Shown here piece by piece: positions 9,188-18,098 of a stretch of DNA of 64,000 nucleotides. A program made the position numbers and the translations under genes. Numbering within the stretch: position 1 is the stretch's first letter; every line of letters begins with the position of its first letter. Source of the DNA: an uncultured Candidatus Binatia bacterium. Its GTDB lineage: Bacteria; Desulfobacterota; Binatia; UBA9968; JAJDTQ01. The notes below the pieces were generated by a model. That model had not been told where the DNA came from and searched no databases. It was given only the letters and a program-made list of their open reading frames with translations. The DNA lies in contig OZ251459.1 in assembly GCA_965242525.1 (NCBI GenBank), forward strand, positions 1,088,001 through 1,152,000. The letters run 5' to 3'.

Positions 9188-9560
9188 GCTCGTTGCCGAA
9201 CGGGCAGGAGCTCGGAACCGCAGGCGGGCTCGTTCCGGGCTCGGTCATCAAAGCATCAGGAGGTGTCCGATGACGCAATCCGGTCCACCCTTCGCAAAGC
9301 GCCCGTGAACACCACGGGCAGGCTGGCTCCACGGGGTCCTGCCCAACGCGGTTTCCCGGCTGACCGTCCCAACTCGCGTGTTGGATAACACGGCGCAGCT
9401 CGCGAAAGTCCGGGGACAGGCGGCAGAGGACCACGGTTCCGGAATACCGCTCACGGCAGGGCCGATACCCGGAAGCCACAACAAGCATGAAAAGCGGTTC
9501 GACGACGTTGATGAACGTCGGGAGCGGGCTCTCCTTCCGAAAGGGAGCCCGCTTTTCTTT
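9188..9560 (+). ncRNA. Candidate structured RNA / attenuator leader of unknown class
   Basis: Lies between the promoter and a terminator and contains several clean hairpins; I could not match it to a known RNA family by eye. Confidence 0.45.
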
Positions 9561-9636
9561 GACGGATCCGACCGAGGCAAGCTCATGTCGAAACAACCTT
9601 CGGAGACCATCTCCGGCTACCACGCCCATGTCTATT
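9492..9636 (+). repeat. 145-bp direct repeat, copy 2
   Basis: Matches 6200-6344. Confidence 0.92.
9523..9560 (+). terminator. Intrinsic terminator-like hairpin upstream of the dioxygenase gene
   Basis: AGCGGGCTCTC…GGGAGCCCGCT plus TTTCTTT. Confidence 0.75.
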
Positions 9637-9929
9637 ACGACCCGGACACGAAGCCCGTAGCGGAGCGCGTGCGCGAGGGGCTGGGCGCGCGCTTCGACGT
9701 GGTGCTGGGGCGCTGGCACGACGAACCCGTGGGACCGCACCCCCAGGCCATGTACCAAGTCACCTTCGCGCCCGAGGAGTTCGCCCGGGTGGTCCCGTGG
9801 TTGATGCTCAACCGCGAAGGTCTCGACGTGCTGGTCCACCCCAACACGGGGGAGCACGTGGGCGACCACCGGGACCGGTCCCTGTGGCTGGGCGCCAAGT
9901 TGCCGCTCAAGCTGAGCTCGTTTCGCTAA
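9585..9929 (+). CDS. DOPA 4,5-dioxygenase family protein
   Basis: GYHAHVYY, PVGPHP, WLMLNREGLDVLVHPNTG…DH…LWLG. Confidence 0.92.
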   Translation: MSKQPSETISGYHAHVYYDPDTKPVAERVREGLGARFDVVLGRWHDEPVGPHPQAMYQVTFAPEEFARVVPWLMLNREGLDVLVHPNTGEHVGDHRDRSLWLGAKLPLKLSSFR

Positions 9930-10049
9930 CTTGCTCCCTCGTCATGGCAAAGTTTGGCAAAGGGCGGCTTTGCGTCTAAAATCGTGCTTGACAACAAACA
10001 GGAAGTCCCTATGGAGCCGGTTTTCCCAAGTTTGGAAAGGAGGTGTGTC

Positions 10050-10313
10050 ATGGGTGATCCGCTTGGTAGCGAGAAGGAATATCTCAAGGCCAACAGGGAC
10101 CGGTTCATGCAGGAATACCCGGGTAAGTACCTTCTCATCAAGGGTGACCAAGTTTTTGGAGCGTTCGAGACCTATGAGGAAGGCGTGAGGGAAGGAGCGC
10201 GAGCGTTTGGGGTCGGTCCTTTTCTGGTCAGGTCCGTCTTGCAGCCTGAAGACGCCAAGGCGCCGAGCATCCCCGCGCTATCCATAGGAGTTCCCTTTAG
10301 TGCGAACACTTAA
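10050..10313 (+). CDS. Small DUF5678-like protein
   Basis: GGAGG RBS; YLKANRDRFMQEYPGKYLLIKGDQVFGAFETYEE pattern; lower GC. Confidence 0.7.
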   Translation: MGDPLGSEKEYLKANRDRFMQEYPGKYLLIKGDQVFGAFETYEEGVREGARAFGVGPFLVRSVLQPEDAKAPSIPALSIGVPFSANT

Positions 10314-10480
10314 CATCCGAATCCAAGGGGATGGAAAGGATAACAAGGGGAACCTTGTTCCTCTTTCCCCGGCAGTAGCCCTACGGAGTGCTGGCCCGAT
10401 AGTTTCGGTGGTGCTATCCCCGCTGCCCGAGCATGTAAAATCCTCGGCTGAAAAGGGGCAACAGCTACCCGAGCCGTTAC
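10300..10480 (+). pseudogene. Truncated retropepsin-like aspartyl protease (N-terminal part only)
   Basis: Overlaps the DUF5678 stop; …ALRSAGPIVSVVLS…GQQLPEP resembles the segment that normally precedes LIDTGA, which is absent. Confidence 0.5.
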
Positions 10481-10516
10481 ACCTAGCGCCGCCCTCCCTG
10501 CTGCCCCTGTGCCGGC

Positions 10517-11002
10517 TTACCCGGAATCACCCCCCTCGGACCCGGCGCCGTCCCGGGCCCGCAGCTTCGCCGCGATGAAGTCCTTGTGGGGGACGCCGAT
10601 GAGGCCGGCGATCTTTCGGACCAGGTATTCCTCGTGCTCGTCCACGCCGTGGTCGGCGAAGGCCACCGCCCACAGGTATTCCACCACCTTCTCCTTCTGC
10701 TCGGGGGAGAAGCCGGTCTTGATGAGCGACGTGAACTGGTAGTGGTCGATGGAGTCGTCGGCCTCCGCTTCGGCCAACTCCATCAACTCGCGGGTCTCGT
10801 CTTCGGTCAGGTCGAACTTGCTCCGCAGGGCGGCCAGCACCACCGCGCGCTCGTTCTCGGTGGACTCCACGTCGGACCGCATCATCTCGATGAGCAGCGC
10901 GCCCGTGGCCACTTGCAGCCGGTGGCCGTCCGACTGCCGGACGTCGCGGTGGCCCGGGTCGATGCGGCGGTCGAAGAACCGTTGGATGGCCCGGAGCATC
11001 AT
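10517..11002 (-). CDS. TerB family (tellurite resistance-like) protein
   Basis: ATGALLIEMMRSD…FTSLIK…LWAVAFAD…EEYLVRKIAGLIGV…FIAAK. Confidence 0.88.
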   Translation of the reverse strand: MMLRAIQRFFDRRIDPGHRDVRQSDGHRLQVATGALLIEMMRSDVESTENERAVVLAALRSKFDLTEDETRELMELAEAEADDSIDHYQFTSLIKTGFSPEQKEKVVEYLWAVAFADHGVDEHEEYLVRKIAGLIGVPHKDFIAAKLRARDGAGSEGGDSG

Positions 11003-11583
11003 CGGCCCGACCCGTTGAGGAACCGCACCCGGTAGTCCTTCCACTTGTCCGCCGGACGGGTGATGTCGCCGGCGTAGGTGCCGAAGCGGCCCCGGCGCCG
11101 GTCCCGGAAGTAGAGCTTCAGGGTCTGCTCCACCACGGGGAAGGCGATGCGGTCCCAGGGGACGTCTTCCTCGCGGCACAGCCGGACGTCCAGGCTTTCC
11201 GGTCCGGGGCCGAACTCGCCATCCCGCATGGCGCCCCGGAACATGACATAGACCTGGTTGATCTGCGGCAGGTTGATGAGGGTGTAGAGCTCCGAGATCT
11301 CCACCGCGGCCAGGGCTTCCTCCCGGGTCTCGCGGGCGGCCCCCTCGATAGTGGTCTCGAAGTCCTCCAGGAACCCTGCGGGCAGGGTCCAGAACCCGTA
11401 GCGCGGCTCGATGGCGCGGCGGCACAGGAGGACCGCGTCGCCCCACTCCGGGATGCAGCCTACCACCACCTTGGGGTTGGTGTAGTGGACGGTGTGGCAC
11501 GACCCGCACACGTGCCGGGGCATGTTGTCCCCCTCCGGGATGCGGAGCTCCACCGGGGCGGCGCAGGCGCTACAGTAGTTCAT
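10999..11583 (-). CDS. NUDIX hydrolase with N-terminal Zn ribbon
   Basis: CSAC…CGSC…HYTNPK; GFLEDFETTIEGAARETREEA Nudix box. Confidence 0.92.
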   Translation of the reverse strand: MNYCSACAAPVELRIPEGDNMPRHVCGSCHTVHYTNPKVVVGCIPEWGDAVLLCRRAIEPRYGFWTLPAGFLEDFETTIEGAARETREEALAAVEISELYTLINLPQINQVYVMFRGAMRDGEFGPGPESLDVRLCREEDVPWDRIAFPVVEQTLKLYFRDRRRGRFGTYAGDITRPADKWKDYRVRFLNGSGR

Positions 11584-11710
11584 ACCCAACCTTCCAGTCG
11601 GTTCCCTCGGGGGCCGATGCGGCAGGCGTCGGCTCTCGCCACTATAGGGGGATCACCCTGCAGGGTCAATCCGTCCCGCCCGCCGCAAGCGTGCGCCGCG
11701 GGATACTGGC

Positions 11711-13234
11711 TTGATTCGATTCCGCCCGCCGGATATGACTTCGGGTGCGCCGCAACTGCGGGCTGCATCCCGCGATACGGAGACACGCGCCTTGTTGCCC
11801 GAACGCCTCGAAGCATGGTTCCGCGAAGCCGCGCCCGGCGTCCGCTTCTGCTCGCTCCGGTACGTCAGGGAGCGGTCCGAGCGCGTTTCCGTCCGCCGCG
11901 GCGTGGTGGAGCCCCCGGCGTCGGGAGACGATGCCGGGGCCATGGTCACCGTGCTCGACAGCGACGGCCTGGGCTACGCCGGGACTTGCGACCTGACCCC
12001 CGGGGGTCTCGCCCGGGCCTTGGGCCAGGCCCGGGAATGGGCGAGGCGCACCGGGGCATGCGGCGTCGCGGCCTTCTCCGCGCTCCCGCTCCAGGAGCCC
12101 GTCCAGGGCGACTACGCAACGCCGGTGGCGGTCCCGTGGGACTCCGTGCCCTTGGGCGAAAAGATCGACATCCTGCGCGCCCGGAGCGAACGGCTGCGCG
12201 CGGACCCTCGCATCGTCGATTGGGACGCCTCGCTGTGGCGCACGGAGACCGAGACCCTCTACCTGACCGGCGACGGCGCCCGCGTGCGCCAGACCCTGGA
12301 CCAGCTCGTGCCCACCATGGGCTGCACCGCCAACCACGGCCCGGTGACGGTGACGCGGACCTTCGGCGGAAGGGGCGTCTGCCGCCAGGGCGGACTGGAA
12401 CTGCTGGAGCGGACCGGGTTCTCGGACGCGGCCCCGGGTCTGGCGCAGGAAGCGCTGGAGTTGCTGGCGGCGCCCAACTGCCCCACCGGGACCATGGACC
12501 TGTTGCTGGCCCCGGACCAGCTCATCCTCCAGGTCCACGAGTCCATCGGCCACCCGCTGGAGCTGGACCGCATCCTGGGCGACGAACGCAACTACGCGGG
12601 CACGAGTTTCGTGACCCCCGACATGTTCGGCTGCTACCGCTACGGCTCGGACCTGTTGAACGTCACCTTCGACCCCACCGACCCCGGGCAGTTCGCCAGC
12701 TACGGCTTCGACGACGAGGGGCTCCCCGCCCGCCGGCAGCACCTCATCCGGGACGGGCTGCTGCTGCGCGGCCTGGGCGGGCATCTCTCCCAGCACCGGA
12801 CGGGGCTCCCCGGGGTGGCCAACTCGCGCGCGTCGAGCTGGAACCGTCCGCCCATCGACCGCATGGCCAACCTGAACCTGGAGCCGGGGAGTTCCGGGTT
12901 CGACCACATGGTCCGGGCCATCGAGCGCGGCGTCTTCATGCAGACCAACTGTTCGTGGTCCATCGACGACTCGCGCAACAAGTTCCAGTTCGGCTGCGAA
13001 CGCGGGACCGTGATACGGGACGGGGAGTTGCGGGAGGTGGTCAGGAAGCCCAACTACCGGGGACTGTCGGCCACTTTCTGGCGCAGCCTGACCCACGTGG
13101 GCGGCCCCGACACCCGGGAACTCCTGGGCACGCCCACCTGCGGCAAGGGCGAGCCCAACCAAGCCGTCCGCGTGGGGCACGCCGCGCCCGCGTGCGCGTT
13201 CTCCGGCGTACAGGTCTTCGGCGGGGAGTCCTGA
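11711..13234 (+). CDS. tldD: TldD/PmbA family metalloprotease (TldD-like); exact start uncertain
   Basis: HESIGHPLE zinc motif, FDDEG, RMAN, CGKGEP. Confidence 0.88.
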   Translation: MIRFRPPDMTSGAPQLRAASRDTETRALLPERLEAWFREAAPGVRFCSLRYVRERSERVSVRRGVVEPPASGDDAGAMVTVLDSDGLGYAGTCDLTPGGLARALGQAREWARRTGACGVAAFSALPLQEPVQGDYATPVAVPWDSVPLGEKIDILRARSERLRADPRIVDWDASLWRTETETLYLTGDGARVRQTLDQLVPTMGCTANHGPVTVTRTFGGRGVCRQGGLELLERTGFSDAAPGLAQEALELLAAPNCPTGTMDLLLAPDQLILQVHESIGHPLELDRILGDERNYAGTSFVTPDMFGCYRYGSDLLNVTFDPTDPGQFASYGFDDEGLPARRQHLIRDGLLLRGLGGHLSQHRTGLPGVANSRASSWNRPPIDRMANLNLEPGSSGFDHMVRAIERGVFMQTNCSWSIDDSRNKFQFGCERGTVIRDGELREVVRKPNYRGLSATFWRSLTHVGGPDTRELLGTPTCGKGEPNQAVRVGHAAPACAFSGVQVFGGES

Positions 13235-13397
13235 AGAACCCCTGGACGATCGAGACATCCGGGATGGATTCCCTCACCCTGACGTTCCCGTCCCCGTTCG
13301 TCCCGGACGTAGCGAAGCGGAGTCTTCCGTTCATCCTGAGCGTAGCGAAGCGGAGTCGAAGGACGCGCTCATGCTCCCTCGATCGTCCAGAGGTTCC
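13235..13397. mobile_element. MITE (family A) with REP hairpins
   Basis: TIRs AGAACCCCTGGACGATCGAG / CTCGATCGTCCAGAGGTTCC; CTGA duplicated at 13231-13234 and 13398-13401. Confidence 0.8.
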
Positions 13398-13410
13398 CTG
13401 AGACCGCGCC

Positions 13411-14736
13411 ATGCAGACGTACTTCCACGAGCTGGCGGACTTCGCCCAATCCCTGTTGCAGGCCCATGAGGTCCTGCTGTCGGCGTTCTCCGGCGAGGAG
13501 TCGAGCTTCGTGCGTTTCAACCGCAGCGCGGTGCGCCAGGCGGGCTCGGTGGAGCAGCGCCGTCTCGGCCTCCAACTCATCCACGGCAAGCGCCGGGTCG
13601 CCGCCCACCTCACCGTGTCCGGCGACATGTCCCTGGACCGGGGCCGGGTCCGGGAGGCGGTCCGGGACGTGCGCGAGAGGCTCGGGGCCGTGCCCGAAGA
13701 CCCCTACCTGCTGTACGCCGCGGAGGTCCGCTCCACCGAGTCCGGGCGCGCCAACCGGCTGCCCGAGGACGAGGGCCAGGTGGTGGAGTCCATCGTGGCG
13801 GCAGGGGAGGGGCGCGACCTCGTGGGCCTGTACATGGCCGGGGGGGTCCATCGAGGGTTCGCCAACTCGCTGGGACAACGGAACTGGTTCTCCACGTTCA
13901 CCCACCACTTCGACTGGAGCTTCCACCTGGAGGGCGACAAGGCGGTGAAGTGCGCGTACGCGGGCTTCGTGTGGGACCCGTCCGAGTTCCGGGAGAGGGT
14001 CGAGCGGGCGGCCGCGGAACTGGACGTCCTGCGGCGGCCGCCCCGGACCCTCCGGCCCGGACGCTACCGCGTCTATCTGGCGCCCCAGGCCCTGGCCGAG
14101 GTGGTGGACCTGCTCCGCTGGGGCGGGTTCGGGGTCACCGCCCGTCGGACGCGCCGGACGCCGCTGCTGCGGATGGTCGCGGACCGCGCCGCTCTGGACC
14201 CCTCGGTGAGCATGGTCGAGGACACCGGGGCGGGCCTGACCGCCGACTTCGACGATGCCGGTTTCCTCAAGCCGGACCGCATCACCCTCATGGACCGGGG
14301 GAGGTTGGGAGAGCCGCTGGTGTCGCCGCGGGCGGCGCGGGAGTACGGCCTCCCCGCCAACGGCGCGGGCGCGCGCGAGTCCCCCGAGTCCCTGGCCATG
14401 GCCCCGGGCTCGGTGCCGCAACGGGAGGTCCTCGCCGCCCTGGGCACGGGCATCTTCATCAACAACCTCTGGTACCTCAACTACTCGGACCGGGACGCCT
14501 GCCGCATGACCGGCATGACCCGCTTCGCCGCCCTGTGGGTGGAGAACGGGGAGGTGCAGGCGCCGGTGGACGTCATGCGGTTCGACGAGACCCTGTACCG
14601 GATGCTGGGCGACAACCTCGTGGGCCTGACCCGGGAACGGGAGCTGCTGCCGGACGCCAACACCTACGGCGGCCGCTCCACCCGGAGCATGCGCCTGCCG
14701 GGCGCCATCGTGGAGGACTTCGCCCTGACCCTGTGA
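13411..14736 (+). CDS. TldE/PmbA-like partner protein
   Basis: FVRFNRSAVRQ, PGRYRVYLAP, NLWYLN…TGMTR; follows tldD. Confidence 0.85.
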   Translation: MQTYFHELADFAQSLLQAHEVLLSAFSGEESSFVRFNRSAVRQAGSVEQRRLGLQLIHGKRRVAAHLTVSGDMSLDRGRVREAVRDVRERLGAVPEDPYLLYAAEVRSTESGRANRLPEDEGQVVESIVAAGEGRDLVGLYMAGGVHRGFANSLGQRNWFSTFTHHFDWSFHLEGDKAVKCAYAGFVWDPSEFRERVERAAAELDVLRRPPRTLRPGRYRVYLAPQALAEVVDLLRWGGFGVTARRTRRTPLLRMVADRAALDPSVSMVEDTGAGLTADFDDAGFLKPDRITLMDRGRLGEPLVSPRAAREYGLPANGAGARESPESLAMAPGSVPQREVLAALGTGIFINNLWYLNYSDRDACRMTGMTRFAALWVENGEVQAPVDVMRFDETLYRMLGDNLVGLTRERELLPDANTYGGRSTRSMRLPGAIVEDFALTL

Positions 14737-14849
14737 GGAAGCGGGGGAGCCGGAACCGGGGCCGTTGCCCGCGTGGGGAGGCTCCGGCGTTGCACACAGC
14801 CTGCTCAAGTGGTTTATTGGAACTTCCGGACGATCCCGGAAGAAGAGCG

Positions 14850-14889
14850 CGTCCTTCGACTTCGCTTCGCTACGCTCAGGACGAACGGG
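14850..14889 (-). repeat. CGTC-type REP hairpin (family A); other copies at ~4455, 13327, 35126, 35765(-), 48290 and 51512(-)
   Basis: Reverse complement of CCGTTCGTCCTGAGCGTAGCGAAGCGAAGTCGAAGGACG. Confidence 0.85.
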
Positions 14890-14915
14890 GATGGCAAGGC
14901 CACGGGGAGGCAGAG

Positions 14916-15767
14916 ATGAAGACCAACGGTTACGATCGCAAGGCCGACGACCTCGGCAACGTGGTGGCCCTGGAGCACGTCAACATCACCATCCCGGACC
15001 AGGCCAAGGCCGTGACGTTCTACGTCCTGGGGCTCGGACTGACCCGCGACCCCTACATGAACGTGGGGCTGAACAACATGTGGATCAACGTCGGCGACCA
15101 GCAGTTCCACTTGCCCACCCGGGGCGTCCAGACCGTCCCCGGACACATCGGCCTGGTGCTCTCGGACCTGGAAGCCCTGAAGGAACGGCTGGCCGCGGTG
15201 AAACCCGAACTCAAGCGCACCCGGTTCGAGTGGAGCGACGCCGGCGGCCACGTGGCGGTCACCTGTCCCTGGGGCAACCGCTTCCGGTGCCATGCGCCCG
15301 GGCCGGAGTTCGGCGACATGACCATCGGCATACCCTACGTGGAGTTCTGGACCAGGCCCGGCACGGCCCGGACCATCGGCAAGTTCTACAAGTCGGTCCT
15401 GCAGGCGCCCGTGTCCTACCGGGATGGCGGCGTCCGGGTGAGCGTAGGGCGCAACCAGAGCCTGGTCTTCACCGAGACCGACCGGCCCCTCCCGGAATAC
15501 GACGGACACCACATCGCGGTGTACATCGCCAACTTCTCGCGCGCCCACCGGTTCCTGCTGCGACGCGGCCTCGTCATGGAAGAGAGCAACGCGCACCAGT
15601 ACCGCTTCAAGGACATCGTGGACCCGGCCTCGGGGGAGACCGCCTTCGAGCTGGAGCACGAGGTCCGCAGCCTGTACCATCCCATGCTCGGACGCACCAT
15701 GGTCAACCGGAACGCCGGCCAGACCCAGCGCAACTACACACCCGGACACGACGCCTACCATCCGTAG
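14916..15767 (+). CDS. Conserved hypothetical protein, VOC/glyoxalase-like fold
   Basis: LEHVNITIPDQ…FYVLGLGL…QFHLP; YDGHHIAVY; GC3-rich frame. Confidence 0.75.
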   Translation: MKTNGYDRKADDLGNVVALEHVNITIPDQAKAVTFYVLGLGLTRDPYMNVGLNNMWINVGDQQFHLPTRGVQTVPGHIGLVLSDLEALKERLAAVKPELKRTRFEWSDAGGHVAVTCPWGNRFRCHAPGPEFGDMTIGIPYVEFWTRPGTARTIGKFYKSVLQAPVSYRDGGVRVSVGRNQSLVFTETDRPLPEYDGHHIAVYIANFSRAHRFLLRRGLVMEESNAHQYRFKDIVDPASGETAFELEHEVRSLYHPMLGRTMVNRNAGQTQRNYTPGHDAYHP

Positions 15768-15894
15768 CGCCCCCGTAGCGGCCCGCGAAGGTCGGAAGGG
15801 GAGGACGTAGGACAGGAGAGGCCGGGAAGGGGAACCGTGCAGGCATGGAGAGGCAGGAGAGACGCATACGGTCCAGGAAACGGGAGGACACCCA

Positions 15895-17013
15895 TTGAGC
15901 ACTGACGCCATGCCGGTCATCGACGTGGATTCGCACGTGGAGGAGCCGCAGGAAGCCTGGGAGCATCTCGACCCCGCATACGCCGACCGAAGGCCCTTCC
16001 CGGTGGTGGCCAGGGACGTGCCGGCCCTGGGCGGGATCAACGCCTTCTGGTACATCGACGGGACCGTCTATCCCAAGCCCGTGGGCCGGGGCAACCTGGT
16101 CTATGGCACCCCCACGGAGATGCGCTTCGCCAGGCAGAAGACCTTCAGCATCGGCTCCCAGACCATGACCGACATCGACGCCCGCCTGAAGGACATGGAC
16201 GCGGTGGGCATCGACGTCCAGGTGGTCTTCTCCACGGTCTTCCTCCAGCCGGTTTCGGACGACGTGCTGTTCGAGGCCGCGCTCATGCGCAGCTACAACA
16301 CCTGGATGGCGTCGGCTTGCGCCCAACGGCCGGACCGCCTGAAATGGGGCGCCATCCTGCCCATGCGGGACCCGCGGCTGGCCGTCGAGGAGCTCCACCG
16401 GTGCCTGGAACTCGGCGCCTCGGTGGCCGGGATCTACGGCACCGTGGGCGAGACCATGCTGCACGACCGCTACTACGACCCGTTCTTCGCCGAAGTGGAA
16501 CGCCTCGGCGCGCCCCTGGCCATCCACGCGGGCTGGAGCCATCCGGGCATCACCCGCAGCATGGACGACGTCTCGGGCGCCCGCGCCCTGAGCTTCACGC
16601 TGCCGGTGATGATGGGGTTCTACAGCTTCCTGGCCGGGGGCATCCTGGAGCGGCACCCGCGCCTCCGGGTGGCGTTCATGGAGATCGGCGCCCAGTGGGT
16701 GCCCTACTTGGTGCAGCGGTTCGACCACTACCACCACGCGGACGGCGCCCTGGGCATGCCCTTGCCCATCCAGCAACCGGTGTCCGAGACCCTGAAGCAG
16801 AGCGACGTCTATTTCACCCCGGAAGCCGACGAGATCTTCCTGCCCCAGGTGGCCGAGTACCTGGGGGAGGACCGGCTCCTGTTCGAAGGCGACATGCCCC
16901 ACGCGGAGGCCCGGGAGGGCGCGAAACAGGAGTTGCTGGAGCGGGACGACCTTTCCGAAGACCTCAAGTGGAAGATCCTGAGCGTCAACGGGCGGCGGTT
17001 CCTCGACCTGTGA
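15895..17013 (+). CDS. Amidohydrolase family protein (Amidohydro_2)
   Basis: IDVDSHVEE, AIHAG, LFEGDMPHAE. Confidence 0.9.
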   Translation: MSTDAMPVIDVDSHVEEPQEAWEHLDPAYADRRPFPVVARDVPALGGINAFWYIDGTVYPKPVGRGNLVYGTPTEMRFARQKTFSIGSQTMTDIDARLKDMDAVGIDVQVVFSTVFLQPVSDDVLFEAALMRSYNTWMASACAQRPDRLKWGAILPMRDPRLAVEELHRCLELGASVAGIYGTVGETMLHDRYYDPFFAEVERLGAPLAIHAGWSHPGITRSMDDVSGARALSFTLPVMMGFYSFLAGGILERHPRLRVAFMEIGAQWVPYLVQRFDHYHHADGALGMPLPIQQPVSETLKQSDVYFTPEADEIFLPQVAEYLGEDRLLFEGDMPHAEAREGAKQELLERDDLSEDLKWKILSVNGRRFLDL

Positions 17014-17023
17014 CGGAAGCGGC

Positions 17024-17215
17024 ATGAGCCCGGAAGCGCTGGCGGACAGGATCTTCGACCTCCTGAGACAGGGGCCGCTCCACTTCGAGGACGTGTTGCG
17101 GCAGTTCGAGGAAGAGCCCTACCGGGTGGTGCTCCAGGCATGGGGCCGGTTGCGGGAAGCCGGCCGCCTGGGCCGGGAGCTGGAGACCGGCAAGTACGTG
17201 GCCAACGAGGACTGA
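17024..17215 (+). CDS. Small hypothetical protein (possibly winged-helix-like)
   Basis: Fills the gap between the amidohydrolase and the SDR in operon spacing. Confidence 0.65.
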   Translation: MSPEALADRIFDLLRQGPLHFEDVLRQFEEEPYRVVLQAWGRLREAGRLGRELETGKYVANED

Positions 17216-17218
17216 TCC

Positions 17219-17983
17219 ATGACGACAGGTTTCGACGGCAAGGCAATCATCGTCACGGGCGGCGCCCGGGGCATCGGCCGGGTCTATTCCAACGCGCTGG
17301 CCAAGGCCGGCGCCAGGGTCGTGGTGTCGGACGTCCTCGACGGGGAGCCGTGCGCTTCGGAGATACGGGAACGGGGGCAGGAGGCAGTGTTCGTCAAGGC
17401 CGACGTGACCAGTGAGGACAGCGTGACTGCGCTGGCCGCGGCCGCACACGACCGCTTCGGGCGCATCGACGGCCTGGTGAACAACGCCGCGATCTTCGCC
17501 AACCTCCGCTACGCGCCCTTCGACGACATCACCGTGGCCGAGTGGGACGCGGTGATGGACGTGAACGTCAAGGGCGTATGGCTGGCCTCCCGCGCGGTCT
17601 ATCCCTACATGAAGGAGCAGGGCGCCGGCAAGATCGTGAACATCGCCTCCGGCGTGCCCTTCAAGGGCGTCCCGATCTATGTCCACTACACCGTGTCCAA
17701 GGGCGCGGTGGTGGCGCTCACCCGGGCCCTTGCCCGGGCCGCGGGCAAGGACGGCGTCTGCGTCAACGCGGTGGCGCCGGGCCTCACCCGCAGCGAAAGC
17801 CTGCTGGAAGTCCGCGGCGCCCTGGTGGACGAGGACGACATGCCCCAGATCCAGAGCCGCGCCATCCCCCGAAGCCAGTACCCCGAGGACATCGTCGGCG
17901 CGGTCCTGTTCTTCCTGTCGGACGCATCGAGCTTCATCACCGGCCAGACCCTGCTGGTGGACGGCGGTTCGTACATGCACTGA
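17219..17983 (+). CDS. SDR family oxidoreductase
   Basis: TGGARGIG, NNAA, YTVSK. Confidence 0.93.
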   Translation: MTTGFDGKAIIVTGGARGIGRVYSNALAKAGARVVVSDVLDGEPCASEIRERGQEAVFVKADVTSEDSVTALAAAAHDRFGRIDGLVNNAAIFANLRYAPFDDITVAEWDAVMDVNVKGVWLASRAVYPYMKEQGAGKIVNIASGVPFKGVPIYVHYTVSKGAVVALTRALARAAGKDGVCVNAVAPGLTRSESLLEVRGALVDEDDMPQIQSRAIPRSQYPEDIVGAVLFFLSDASSFITGQTLLVDGGSYMH

Positions 17984-18098
17984 GGTTCTCGGAGCAGGAC
18001 TGCGGCGGTTTTTTTTCGATCCCGATGCCCTTGAACCCGAAAGTTGTTGGCGTTCCTGCCGATGGTTCCTTTCATGGAAACATGACGGGAGGACCATC

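Noticed and set aside
9306-9345. TGA plus downstream hairpin as a selenocysteine codon with SECIS
   Set aside because: The surrounding peptide resembles no redox protein, the extension crosses a terminator, and there is no Cys-homolog evidence.
9400-9420. GAAAGTCCGGG as the RNase P CR-I motif
   Set aside because: The other conserved regions (AGUGCCACAGAAA, ACAGAAxxCGGCUUA) are missing and the motif is too close to the 3' end.
18055-18075. GCCGATGGTTCCT as the 3' half of a fluoride (crcB) riboswitch
   Set aside because: The matching 5' GATGGxGT pseudoknot segment and P1 are absent upstream; the sequence is better explained as an anti-SD arm.
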